Below are positions 32,001 through 46,005 of a stretch of DNA of 64,000 nt, one piece after another. Position 1 is the stretch's first letter. The number at the start of each line of letters is the position of its first letter. The notes below the pieces were generated by a model. It searched no databases and was not told the origin of the DNA. It saw nothing but the letters and a program-made list of their open reading frames with translations. The stretch lies in NCBI RefSeq assembly GCF_009914755.1, contig NC_060926.1. The stretch is one strand, 5' to 3'. The position numbers and the translations under genes were made by a program. Source of the DNA: the human T2T-CHM13v2.0 reference genome, Homo sapiens.

Positions 32001-32981
32001 ATATAATGGATTAAACAATACAATCAAAAGACAGAGATTGTCAGATTGCATTAAATAAAACAAGATCCAACTATGTACTGTCTACAGGAGACACACTTTA
32101 GATCCAAAGATACAAACAGGTTGAAACAAAAAGATAGAAAAACAAAATCATTTCAAAAAGCAACCGTAAGAACCCAGGAGTGGCTATACTAATATCAGAC
32201 AAAATGGACTTTAAAAACTTGTTACTAGAGATAAAAATCATTTTGTAAAGATAAAAGGGTCAATCCATCGTGAAGTGATAACATTTATGGAGATATATGC
32301 ACCTAAAAAAAGAGCCTCCAAAACACATGAAGCAAAGTCTGGTTATTATAAAAAAGAAGGATGACATCAAGTGATGGCAAGAATGTGGAAAAAAGGGAAC
32401 ACTTGTACACTGTTGGTGGGAATGTAAATTAGTACAGTCATTATGGAAATATGTATGTAGGTTCCTCAAAAAGTTAGAAATAGAACTGCTATATAACCTA
32501 GCAATCCTATACTGGGTATATATCCAAGGAAAATGAAACCAATATATCAAAAAGATATCTACGCTCCCATGCACACTGCAGCATTACTCACAATAGCCAC
32601 CTATGTGTCCATCAACAAATGAATGGATAAAGAAAATGTGGTACATATAGATAATGGAATATTATTCAGCCTTTTAAAAAAATCCTGTCCTTTGCAACAA
32701 CACAGATGCACCTCGAGTATATCGTGTTAAGTGAAATAAGCCAGGCACAGAAAGACAAATACAGTGTAATCTCACTTAAATGTGACATCTAAAAAATTTG
32801 AATTCATAGAAGCAGAGAGTAAAATGGTAGTTACTAAGGGCTAGAGGTGGGGAGATTAGGGAGATGGTTAAAAAATACAAAATTTCAATTAGGAGGAATA
32901 AGTTCAAGAAATTTACTGGGCTGACTATAGTTAGTAACAATGTTTTGTATGCTTGAAAATTATTGAAAGAGTAGATTTTTA

Positions 32982-33387
32982 TTTTTTTTGTTTTATAATG
33001 TACATTTTATTATTTTTAAAAAATTTTAATTTTTATTTCAATAGGTTTTTGGGGAACAGGTGGTGTTGGGTTACATGAATAAGTTCTTTGATGGTGATTT
33101 CTGAGATTTTAGAATGGTGCACCCATCATCCAAGCAGTGTACACTGCATCCAGTGTGTAGTCTTTTATTCCTCACCACCCACCCTTTCCTCCAAGTCCCC
33201 AAAGTCCAATGTATCATTCTCATGCCTTTGTGTCCTCATAGCTTAGCTCGTACATGTGAGTGAGAACATACACCGTTTAGTTTTCCATTCCTGAGTTACT
33301 TCACTTAGAATAATAGTCTCCAATTCCATCCAGGTTGCTGCAAATGCCATTATTGCATTCCTTTTTATGGCTGAGTAGTATTCCATG

Positions 33388-33421
<34 letters not shown>

Positions 33422-35759
33422 ATATATATATATATGCACACACACAAAAACATATTAAAATGTAATATATAGTAATATAAAATGTAATATATATTACATA
33501 TATATCATATCTGTATCATACGTAATATATATATTACATTTTCCTTATCCACTCGTTGATTGATGGGCCTTTGGGCTGGTTCCATATTTTTGCAATTGCA
33601 AATTCTGCTGCTATACACATACATATACAAGTATCTTTTTTGTATAATGACTTATTTTCCTCTGGGTACATGCCTATTAATAGTAGTGGGATTACTGGAT
33701 CAAACGGTAGATCTACGTTTACTTCTTTAAGGAATCACACACTGTTTTCCATAGTGGTTGTACTAGTTTACATTCCCACCAATGGTGTAAAAGTGTTCCC
33801 TTTTCACCACATTCATGCCAACATCTATTCTTTTTTGATTTTTTGATTATAGCCATTCTTGCAGGAGTGAGATGATAACACACTGTGGTTTTGATTTGCA
33901 TTTCCCTGATTTGCTTGGTAGTGGCAAGTTCCCTCAGCATTTGTTTGTCTGGAAAAGACTATATCTTTCCTTCATTTATGAAGTTAAGTGCCATTGGATA
34001 CAAAATTCTTGGCTGATAATTGTTTTGGTTAATGAGGCTAAAAATAGGACCCCAATCCCTTCTAGCTTGTAGGGTTTCTGCTGAGAAGTCTGTTTTTATT
34101 CTGATAGGTTTTCCTTTATAGGTTACCTGGTGCTTTTGCCTCACAGCTCTTAAGATTCTTTCCTTCATCTTGACTTTAGATAATCTGATGACTATGTGCC
34201 TAGGTGATGATCTTTTTGCAATGAATTTCCCAGGTGTTCTTTGATCTTCTCGTATTTGGATGTCTACATCCCTAGACAAAAGATCTTCCTTCAGCAAGGC
34301 CAGGGAAGTTTTCCTCAATTATTCCTTCAGATATATTTTCCAAACTTTTAGATTTCTCTTCTTCCTCGAGAACACCAATTATTCTTAGGTTTGGTCATTT
34401 AACATAGTCCCAGACTTCTTGGAAGCTTTGTTCATTTTTTAAATTCTTTTTTCTTTGTCTTTGATGGATTAATTTGAAACCCATGTCTTCAAACTCTGAA
34501 GTTTCTTTCTTCTGTTTATTTGATTCTATTGCTGAGACGTTCCAGTACATTATGCATTTCTCTAAGTGTGTCCTTGATTTCCAGAAGTTGTGGTTGTTTT
34601 TTTATTTATGCTATCTATTTAACTGAAGAATTTTCCTTTCATATCCTGTATCATGTTTTTTATTTCCTTCAGTTGGACTTAACCTTTCTCTGGTGCCTCC
34701 TTGATTAGCTTAATAATCAACCTTCTAAAGTCTTTTTCTGGCAATTCAGAGATTTCATCTTGGTTTAGATCCATTGCTGGTGAGCTGGTATGATCTTTTC
34801 AGGGTGTTAAAGAACCTTGCTTTTCTGGTTCTCTCTTATTTGGGTAGACTATGTCAGAGGGAAGATCTGGGATTCATAGGCTGCTGTTCAGATTCTTTTG
34901 TCTCATGGTGTGCTTCCTTGGTGTGGTGTTCTCTCCCTTCCCCTATGAATGGGGCTTCCGGTAAGCTAAACTGTAGTGATTGTTTTTGCTCTTCTGGGTC
35001 TAGCCACCCAGCAAAGTTACCAGGCTCTGGGCTGGTACTGGCAAGAGTCTGCAAAGAGTCCTGTGATGTGATCTGTCTTCAGTTCTTGCAGCTGTGGATA
35101 ACAGCACCTGCACCTGGTGGAGGCAGCAGGGGAGTGAAGTGGGCTCCGTGAAGGTCCTCTGTTGTGTTTTTATTTAGTGTGTTGGTTTTATGTTGGTTGG
35201 CCTCTAGCTAGGAGGTGGCACTTTCAAGAGTGCATCAGCTATGGTCCTATAGGGAGAATGCAAAGTTGCCCTCAGGACACCTGGTTATCTATTCAGGTTT
35301 CCCAAGCAGTGGGCAGGGCCACAGAGTTCCCAAGAGAATTGGGCCTTTGTCTTTGGCTACCAGGGCAGGTAGAGAAAGACCACCATGTAGGGGCAGGGAT
35401 AGGCGCCTCTGAGCTCAGCCTCTCCTTGGGCGGGGCTTGCTGCAGCTGCTGTGGGGGATGGGGGTGTGGTTCTCAGTCCAATGGAGTTATGTTCCCAGGA
35501 GGATTATGGCTGCCTCTGCTAAGTCATACAGGTCACTAGGGAAGTGGGGGAAAGCTGGCAGTTACAGGCCTTAACCTGCTCCCACTCAGCCCGCAGTACT
35601 AGAGGTTAATCTCATGCCCACCGTGCCCCCAACAACAGCACTGAATCTATTTCCAGGCAGCCAGTGACCAGGGCTGAAAATTTGCCCCAGACCACAAGCC
35701 TCCCCATTGAGAAAGCAAGCGGACACACAGTTTTTTGGCATCCCAGGAAGCCTGAAGCC
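32982..35759 (-). mobile_element. L1PB-like element with a large internal deletion and a 15-bp TSD
   Basis: TSD aagagtagattttta at 32967-32981 and 35760-35774; 5' UTR and ORF1 (PRHIVIRLSKVKMKERILRAVRQKHQVTYKGKPIR) joined directly to the ORF2 C-terminus and 3' UTR. Confidence 0.88.
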
Positions 35760-37446
35760 AAGAGTAGATTTTTAGTGTTCTTACAACAAAAAAAGATAAG
35801 TGTGTGAGGTAGTAAATATGTTAATTAGCTCAATTTAGCCATTCCACAATGTATACATATTTCAAAACATCATGCTGCACACCATAAATATATATAATTT
35901 TTATGTGCCAAATTAAAAAATATTTTTAAAGACATAGAAAATCTGAGTGGACCTATAACAACTAAAGAGATTGAATCAGCAATCAAAAACTTTCAACAAC
36001 AAAGAGTCTAAGATGAGATGACTTCACTGAAGAATTCTACAAAGCATTTAAAGAACTAATACCAATTCTTCACAAACTCTTCAAAAAACAGAATGGAAGG
36101 GAACACTGCCAAACTATCAGGCCAGAATTATCCGATACCAAAAGCAGGCAAAGACATTATAAGAGAAGAAAACTCTTATATATTATATCTCTTATTAATA
36201 TAGACACAAAAATCTTCACTAAATACAAACAAGTTGAATCCTGCAGCATAGTAAAATGATTACTCATTATTACCTGGTGGGATTTATTCCAGGAGTGCAA
36301 AGGTAATTGAACATATGAATATACATTGATGTAATATACCATATCAATATTATAATGGGCAAAACTGCATGATCATCTTAATAGATGTAGATGAAGCACA
36401 TGACTCAATTCATGACTTAATGATTAGAACACTCTACAAACTAGGATTAGAAGGGAATTCCTCAACATAATAAAGGACACTTGTGAAAAAGTCATAGCTA
36501 ATGCCATACTTAATGGTGAAAGACTAAATGCTTTCCCCCTAAGATAGGAATAAGACAAGGATGTGTGCTCTCACCACTTCTACTCAACATTGTACTGGAG
36601 GTTTGGGCCAAAACAATTAGGCAATAAGATAAAATAAAATAAAATAAAATAAAATAAAAAAGGCAGCTAGATTGGAAAGGAAAATGTATAGTTATTTCTA
36701 TTTGCAGATGATATGGTCTTGTATAAAAAATCCTAAAGAGCCCACTAAAAAACTATTGAACTCATAAGTAGTTCAGCTAGGTTTAGGATAAAAGATCAAT
36801 ATACAAAAAAAGTTGTATTTTGCGATAGTAGCAATGGGCAAACTGAAAATAAAATTAAGAAAACAATTCCATTTATGATAACATCAAAAATAATAAAATA
36901 CGTAGCAATCAATTTAACAAAAAATTGCAAAATATTCTGAAAGCTATAAAACCTTGTTGAAATAAATTAAAGCAGACGCAAATAAGTGGATCACGAATCA
37001 GAAGACTTAATATTGTTAAGACGGCAATATTCCTTAAACTGATCTACAGAGTCAATGCAATTCCTAGCATTCTAGCTGACTTCTTTGCAGAAGTTAAACA
37101 ATTTATATGAAAATCCAAGAGACCCAGAATAGACAATCCCTAGTAGTAGAATCACACTTCTTGATTTCAAAACTTACTATAAAACTACGGTAATCAAAAC
37201 AGTGTGTTACTGGCATAAAGATAGATGTGTAGGTCAATGGAATAGCATTGAGAGTCCACAAATAAACCCTCTTAATTACAGTAAATTGATTTTGATAAGG
37301 ATTCTGAGATTAATCAATGGGGAAAAAATAGTTGTTCCACAAATGATGCTGGAACAACTGGCTATCCATGCAGATAGGAATCAATTTGGACCCCTAATTC
37401 ACCCCTACAAAAATTTACTCAAAGTGGATCGTAGACTAACCGTGAG

Positions 37447-37645
37447 TGTATTAGTTCATCTCACACTGCTATAAAGAAATACCTGAGACTGGGTAACTTA
37501 TAAAGAAAAGAGGTTTAGTTGGGTCACAATTCTGCAGGCTGTACAGGAAGGATTAGAGCATCTGCTAAGTTTCTGGGAAGGCCTTAGGAAATTTACACTC
37601 ATACTGAAAGATGAAGGGGAAGCTGGCACTTCACATGGCCAGAGC
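37447..37645 (-). mobile_element. MST-family LTR fragment
   Basis: tgtattagttcatctcacactgctataaagaaatacctgagactgggtaac... Confidence 0.8.
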
Positions 37646-38218
37646 CATTAAAAGAAAACAAGTGTAATGTTCACGACCTTGGATTTGGCAATAGTTTCTT
37701 AGATATGACACCAATTCAGAAGCAACAAAAGAATAAACTAGACATCACCAAAATTAAACACTTTAGTGGTTCAAAGGTAATTATCAAGACCTTGGATTTG
37801 GCAATGGTTTCTTAGATATGACACCAATTCAGAAGCAACAAAAGAACAAACTAGACATCACCAAAATTAAACACTTCAGTGCTTCAAAGATAATTATCAA
37901 GAAGTTAGAAAGACAACCCAAAGAATGAGAGAAATTGCTTGCAAATTGTATCTCTGATAAGGAACTTATATCTAGAATATATAAAGAATTCCTACAACTC
38001 AATAATCAGTAGACATATATCCCAGTTTTAAAAAGGGCTGAATACATATTTTGTTATATTATTTATTTCCAAATGAAAGATCTGAATAGATATTTTTCTG
38101 AAGAAGATGTGCAAATGGCCAACAAGCACCTAAAAAGAAGCCAAACATCACTGGTCCTCAGAGAAATGCAAATCAAAACCACAATGAGATTCCACTTCCT
38201 GCTCCCTAGGATGGCTAT

Positions 38219-38690
38219 TGTATTGGTTTCCTATGACTGCTGTAACAATTACCACAATTAAAACAAGAGAGATGTATCCCCTCACATGCCCAAAATCAGC
38301 TTCGCTGGGTGGAAATCAAGGTGCTGACAGGGCTGTGTTCCCTCCTAAGGCCCTAAGAGAGAAATTTCCCCCTGCTTCTTCCAGCTCTTGATAGCTGCTG
38401 ACACTCCTCGGCTGTGGCAATGTCATTCCATTCTTTTTTTCTGTAGTCACCTTGCCTCTACTCTTCTCTCTACAGGCAAATCCCCCTCTGCCTTCTTCTT
38501 AGCAACCATCCCTTTTAAGAACACACATGACTGCATTTAGGGCCCACCTGGATAATCCAGGATAGTCTCCCCCATCTCGATATTGTTAACTGAATCACGT
38601 CTGCATAGACCCTTTTCCCATACAAGGTAACATTCACAGGTTCTAGGGATAAGGACCTGGATATCTTTGGGGGTCATTATTCTACCTATG
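38219..38690 (-). mobile_element. MLT1-family LTR inserted in L1
   Basis: tgtattggtttcctatgactgctgtaacaattaccacaa...gggcccacctggataatccaggatagtctcc; L1 sequence resumes after it. Confidence 0.8.
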
Positions 38691-39262
38691 AGAGATATCA
38701 CAGATGCTAAATAACAAGTGCTGGTGAGGATGTGGAGAAATTAGAACCCTCATACACTGTTAGCAGAAATGTAAATGGTGCAGCCACTGTGGAAAATAGT
38801 CTGGCAGTTCCTAGAATAGTTAAACATAGAGTTACCATGTGATACAGCAATTCCACACTTAGACATGTACCCAAGAGAAATGAAGACATGTCCACACAAA
38901 AATCTGTATACAAATGTTCACAGCAGAATTATTTGTAATAGCTCAAAAGTGGGAACAATCCAAATGTCCATCAACTGATGAACAGATACATAACATGTAT
39001 TATATCCATATAACGAAATATTATTTAGCAATAAAAATACATGTGGATGAACTGCAAAAAACACATGCTTAAGTTAAAGAAGCCAATCTCAAAGGATCAC
39101 ATATTATATGATATTATTAATATGACATGTTCAGAATAGGCAAATCTACAGTCAGAAAGCAGATTAGTGTTGCCTAGGGATAGGGAGGAGGATGAGGTAC
39201 TAGAAAGTGATGGCCGAGGGGCAAGGGGTTTCTTTTTCTAGTAATGAAAATGTTTTAAAATT

Positions 39263-39819
39263 CTAGAAATACCATTTGACCCAGCCATCCCATTACTGGG
39301 TATATACCCAAAGGATTATAAATCATGCTGCTATAAGGATACATGCACACGTATGTTTATTGTGGCACTATTCACAATAGCAAAGACTTGGAACCAACCC
39401 AAATGTCCAACAGTGATAGACTGGATTAAGAAAATGTGGCACATATACACCATGGAATACTATGCAGCCATAAAAAATGATGAGTTCATGTCCTTTGTAG
39501 GGACATGGATGAAACTGGAAACCATCATTCTCAGCAAACTATCGCGAGGACAAAAAACCAAACACTACATGTTCTCACTCATAGGTGGGAATTGAACAAT
39601 GAGAACACATGGACACAGGAAGGGGAACATCACACACTGGGGCCTGTTGTGGGGTGGGGGGAGGGGGGAGGGATAGCATCAGGAGAAATACCTAATGTTA
39701 AATGACGAGTTGATGGGTGCAGCACACCAACATGGTACATGTGTATATATGTAGCAAACCTGCACATTGTGCACATGTACCCTAAAACTTAAAGTATAAT
39801 TAAAAAAAAGGAAAAAAAA
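39263..39819 (+). mobile_element. Primate-specific L1PA 3' end (5'-truncated) with a 17-bp TSD
   Basis: Close to the L1PA 3' consensus; TSD gaaaatgttttaaaatt (39246-39262) / gaaaatgttctaaaatt (39820-39836). Confidence 0.93.
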
Positions 39820-41754
39820 GAAAATGTTCTAAAATTGACTGTGGCAGTGAATGCACAACTCTGTAAATATACTAAAAAACATCTAATTGTACACTTCGAG
39901 TGGGTGAATTTTATAGTATGTGAATTGTATCTCAACAAAGCCATTACAAAAGTATATAGCCTAAACTGTCTAGCTACAAAATAGTGCTTGCTTATACAAA
40001 CTGAATATATATTGCTAAGAACATAGACTGAAATCCAAGTGAAAGGACAGGCCTAGATTTCTGCATTGATTTATCTGTATGAGAGGAAGTGAAGACTTGA
40101 GCTCCCCAATGCCCGCAGTAGTAATCAGCCTCCAAAAAGCCCCTAAAATTCTCATCTGGCAATATTCACACTTGTTTAGACTCCTTCCAAATTACACCAG
40201 GGTTGGTTTCTGTGACCCATAGAATATGGCAGAAATTACAGTATGTCTCTTCTACAATTAAGTTACACGAGACTTTGTGGCTTCCATTTGAGTGTTTACA
40301 CTTTAATTGGATAAAAGAAAATAAAATGAAATTGCAACTGTGGTATTTTAACTTCCTATTCCTTCATCTGCTTTCATTTTTTTATCTATTATTCGACTGT
40401 TCTGACCAGAAATTCTGATAAGCTAATCAAGAGACCTGACACTCTGTAATCCTTATCAGTGTAATTCACTGACAGCCATCTGGAAGGCTTTAACTTAAAA
40501 ATTCCATCTACTAGATTACAATTGACATGTGGAAACCAATATAATAAAATAGTAAAACCAGCTCCTGTCATTACACACACATGCTTTTGTTGCTAAAATT
40601 ATTGGGTTGTCTTGTATATTCTAAGGCTAATACATCTATTGTAATAAAAGGAGAAACTGTACTTTTAATGATATACTTTTTCCACGAAAGAAACCTGCAA
40701 ACAGTTTGGGCGACTTTGGAGGTATATAAACTACTTACAGGTAGAAAAATGTCCTCTCTTTTCTCCTCTGTCCCACCCAAGTCATAAGATCGCGGTGATC
40801 TTACCATAAAACAGCTAAACAAACATGTTATTCAGAATAGAACAAATAGTATTCATGTCAATGATCACAATAACTCACGATGACAGTATTTAACTCATCA
40901 AGGAGTTCCTGGTAAAGAAATGCCTAGAAAGGTATAGTCTATACAATTTCAGCTATCTGTATGAATTTTTTTAAAAAGAAAAGGACAAATGTCCATTCAC
41001 ATTTGGTATTACGTGAATTCAGCCAAAGCCAGTGGACTTCTGAAAGCCTCAGTTTGTATTCTTTGCTCGCCTTCAGGTATGTGATCCAGTAACAATGAAG
41101 ACAGTGAGTAATGAGTGGCCACAGAGAATTCCTTTTTAATAGATGGCTATGATGCAAATGTTGAAAGTAGATTCATTCTTTAATTCATTGGATAAATATT
41201 CATAAGCACCTAGTATCATGTATATGCCTCAAATTTTGGCTCCTCTCACATTTATTTCCAAATTTTAAGGCATGATAAGATATACTTGAGGACCTTTTCC
41301 TCAAAAACTTATCCTCATAAGTGTTATCCGTGGCTTGGGTCAATTTACATCACACATAGGTCTGAATGCATTTTTTTCTCCAAGGGGAGAATGATTAATC
41401 TTATGTTTTGTGGTCAAACCCCTCTGTAAAAAGCAGTTCACTTCTGTCCTCCCGCATAAATGAAGGATTTCAAAGACTTTTGTTGAACTCAATCTCTCTT
41501 TTATACAAATTGCTCTGAGTTTGTCAAATGAAAAGAAACTTCCAATTTTAGAAAAGAAACATACATATTTAGACATTAGGGAACTTATATAGAATAAGTA
41601 GGCTTGTTGTTTATAAAGAATAATTCACATTGTATATTATCCTGTGTTTTCTGTCAGGTACCTCCAAGTCTGTCACTGCATATGTTTTTAAATGATCATT
41701 GACTGAATGATGGCTTACTAGGCTTAAGCTTCACACAGATAGGGATCATGACTC

Positions 41755-42035
41755 TTTTGGTTTTTCTGAGATGGGGTCTCATTCTGTCACCCATGTAATC
41801 ACAGCCAACTGCAGCCACAAACACCCAGACCCAAGTGATCTTCCCATCTCAGCCTCTCAAGTAGCTGGGATGACAGGGGCACACCACAAAGCCAAGCTAT
41901 TTTTTAAAAAAATTTTTGTAGAGACAGGGTCTCACTATGTTGCCCAGGCTTGTCTCGAACTTCTGGGCTCAAACAATCCTCCTGTCTCACCCTCCCAGAG
42001 TGTTACGATTACAGGCATGAGCCACCATACCTGGC
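41755..42035 (-). mobile_element. Alu (AluJ-like)
   Basis: Degenerate dimeric Alu reverse complement. Confidence 0.85.
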
Positions 42036-42549
42036 TAGGACCATGCTCTTAAGACAACTGTGTCCTTGATGCTTTCATGAGTTCCTGGTATATTTGATGT
42101 TTAAAAAAATTTTGGTTGAATGAGTAAATGAATGAAAGACCCTAAGAGAGATAATATTATGGAAGAGTGTCAATGATTTAGAAGGACTCATTCATAGTCT
42201 GGAATCAAGCCTATAGAAAATTTCAAAAATGAAGGTGAAAACTATAAATTCCTCTGAGGGAGCCATTCCTAGTGTCTTTCTAGCCAAGATGTGCCCCACC
42301 CTTGATTCTTGAACCTGAATATGTGGGTTCCTATGTGCAAATAAGCTGTTCTGAACTTGAGCCAGCATGAGGCACACTGCAAAGGCCATGCTATGACAGT
42401 GAGTCAGCCCTGAGTACACGACAGACTCACTGATTACAAGGTGGCCTGTCAGGCTTATCACAAAGAAAACAGTAGCATAGTGACTGTGTCTGTGTGAGTT
42501 CTGGCTACTTCTGCGTGGTTGCCTCTGATCACAGCACTGCCCTAGTTTT

Positions 42550-42846
42550 CTCACGCCTGTAATCTCAGCACTTTGGGAGGCTGAGGCAGGCAGATGACCT
42601 GAGGAGATTGAGACCAGCCTGTCCAAAATGGTGAAACCCCATCTCTACTAAAAATACAAAATTTAGCTGGGCATAGTGGCGGGCGCCTGTAATCCCAGCT
42701 ACTCAGGAGGCTGAGTCATGAGAATCACTTGAACCCAAGAGGCAGAGGCTGCAGTGAGCCAAGATCACACCACTGTACTCCAGCCTGGGCAAAAAAGGAG
42801 ACTCCATCTTAAAAAAAAAAAAAAAAGAAAAAAGAAAAAAACAAAC
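42550..42846 (+). mobile_element. Alu (AluS-like)
   Basis: ctcacgcctgtaatctcagcactttgggaggctgaggcagg...A tail. Confidence 0.93.
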
Positions 42847-43342
42847 TCAACTACTGGTTGAGACTAGTGTACCTTACTCAAAGTAATGCAGCCTGTTCAT
42901 GAAATTCCCATTACAGATGGAAGGGTTAAGATCAAGTGGATCACCAGCCACAGCCACAAAGCTAAGGGGCAGAGGGGAGTTGGTGGGGGGGAAAAATAGA
43001 ACTCTTGGAGATGATACTCAAGTAAAATTCATGGGTCACCTCCCTAGTGACGTTAAGTATTGGTAGTGTCATGCTCAAGCCTATACTCAATAAAGTGGTA
43101 ACATTTTGGCAATGTATTTGGTGAGTGACTTTCAATCCTGTTTCTATTAAGATTTTAAAACATAGTAAGATAGAAGGAAACTTGAGGCAGAGTAATTTCT
43201 AGAAATATGGGTAAACTCATGTTTCTATTCTCTTTGTGTTAGATACCACTCCAGCTCAGCCAGTAAAATCCCCTCTATACATTTTGAATTACAATTTAAG
43301 ATATGAGCAAAAAAGTAAAAAATTAAAAACAAAAACAACCTA

Positions 43343-43606
<264 letters not shown>

Positions 43607-44374
43607 TCATCTATGGGTGAAGAGCAGGAGAGGTAGGAGGACTACTTAATTTAGTTACTAGATTCTCATGAATAGTACTCAACACCAAATTTCATGGGAA
43701 TCACCTTAATTGAGTGGCAGAGTTCGTATACTAATTATATTGAAATAAACGGCACGGTACATCAATTATCTAAAACATTAGACTCTTACATTGTTAGATC
43801 ATGTTATAAATTTCCTGCTCTCTGAATTCATTCTGTTTATTTCAGGAGCTGACTTTCGTTTTTAGCTACTCATCTACAACTTAGGGGAAAATAATCACTG
43901 TCATTGATGCCATTGCCAAGTAGATAAACTGTGTGGGGCATTGAGAAATACTATAAATTGTTTTGTTGAACTGATAGTGACTATGAAGAATGCCAATTTC
44001 TGCCTAGAAATGCCTCCATCCTGAGAAAATTTGGAGTAAACACCTATACTTTAAAATTTCTAAAGATTTGTCATAAGAATAAATATATATATGTGATTGT
44101 TGTGATGACTTTCCTTACAAATATGATAACCATGGGCTTAGTGATAATTTTCCAAGACATTTTTCTGATCTATTGGATAGGATTTGTATGCTTTATGAGC
44201 AATATATTTCTAATAGTTATTCAGCATGTTATCACATAGGCAAAGCCTATGACTGAAAAAGTGATCACTGAAGTTAAAAACCTGCCAATATGACTAAAGA
44301 TTTAACACTCCCCTCATGATCTAAACAATTTATAGCTGCACACCCACTGCCATAAATCAACACAGTTTTATTAC

Positions 44375-44426
44375 CAATTGAAAGAAGCCAACTCTAACGC
44401 CATCACCTTTCTTCTCATCTTGTAAC
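44375..44426 (-). CDS. ABCB11: ABCB11 exon 4 (52 nt)
   Basis: (R)LQDEKKGDGVRVGFFQL; acceptor tcag|G, donor TTG|gtaata. Confidence 0.95.
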
Positions 44427-45299
44427 CTGATGAGAAAAACATAAGGATTTAAAGACCACCCTTTCCAATACAATGGGAAATTCTCCCTAGGTGGTGATTT
44501 TATGAGTTATTCTTTAGTAAGAAAGAAAATCCCCACTGGCTGGAAAATTCTGGCCAAACCTAGTATCTTAAACACAAGCTTTATTCTTCTAGATTTCCCT
44601 CTTCTAGAGATTTCAGTATAGCTCAATCTCAGGTTCACTAGCGATTCACAGAGATGAACACCTGAGAGGTATGGAGAGAAAGTAAAAAGTCCTCTATACT
44701 CCCAGTTATACCAACAAATAACTCTTTGCCCTCAGTCATGACCCTCAATCTATTTGTGACTGCATTTCCTCATGGGTAAGTTGAAGTGGTTGGATTAGCT
44801 AATTTTAAAGCTTCCTCATGCTTAAAAATATTACAACTACATTAAATAATGTTGATAATGATGAAAAATTCAAGAACATGCCCACACTTTTCATAGAATC
44901 ATATTTCCTTAATATTTCCCATTCATTTCATTTCCCATAAGGCCATGTTTAACCTGTATTTGACCTCTTCAACTTCGGGGATCTTGACTTAACCTGAGTC
45001 ACGCAGTCCATGAATACACCCTGGACCTTGCTGTCACCAGGAACTACTGTCTGACATGTTTAACTCCTTGGCACTCTGTGACTGCCCATGTACCTCATTT
45101 TCTCGCTTCCTTCCTCCTTCCACACCTATTTGTCAACCTCACTTGAGCCATGCAGTCCTTTAAATCCTTCATTTCCTTCCATTGCTAAACCCCATTAAGA
45201 TTTTGCTTCCTTCCCCATGCAGCCAAGGTCCCTCTGCCAGGCATTTGAACCACACTCTCACCATCATCCTCAATTATTTTCTCTACATCATCCTTGTAA

Positions 45300-46005
45300 A
45301 CTTCATCCTGCATCCATCCAGCTGTTTGCCCTCTTCTCCTTAAGCCAGGCTGCTGGGCCTGCTGGACACAACCTCACCACCTTGTGAATGGATACCAACA
45401 CAGGCAGAGTCTAGTACTCAGCTGCCCTAAGCTTCCCTTCTGGCCCAGAAAAGAATCCTAAATTTTTTCTGAGACTCCCCACGGTCTGGCCCTTGGCTCT
45501 CTGACCTCACCTCCTCCAACTATATTCTAGTTCTCAACACCCCACTTGCCTGGCCTCTTGCTGACCTTTGTCCATGCCCAACTGTTCCCACCTCTGGGTG
45601 CGGGCACCTGCTACTCCTTCTCCCCAGGTGCATTTTCTTTAGGTAACCACAGGGACAGCTCCATCACCTCCGCTAGACCTTCCTTTGAAATCACCTACTC
45701 AACAGAGTCTTGCCTGGCCAAAGTCTTTAAAATTTCAACCCCACCCCCCACGCACCATTTCATAGCTCCATTTCCAGTTTATTTTTCCTTCTCAGAAAGA
45801 AAGTGATAGATTATCACTAGCTACCATGCTATACATTTGATTTATTTACAATGTTTATTATATCTCCCTCACTAAAATGTAAACTCCTCAAGGGCCAACA
45901 TTTTTGCCTATTTTGTTCTTTTCTATACCCGCAGCACCTACAATAGTGTCTGATACCAAATAGACACTCAATATTTGCAAAACGAATGAATTAATGGAGT
46001 GAATG
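45300..46005 (+). mobile_element. L2 3' fragment
   Basis: L2 terminus: actaaaatgtaaactcctcaagggc...gcacctacaatagtgtctga...actcaatatttg...gaatgaattaatg. Confidence 0.65.

Larger units (their letters stand above)
32005..39950 (+). mobile_element. Nested LINE-1 cluster: plus-strand L1M host(s) with younger insertions
   Basis: Plus-strand L1 endonuclease, RT and 3' UTR segments interrupted by the elements listed separately. Confidence 0.8.
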
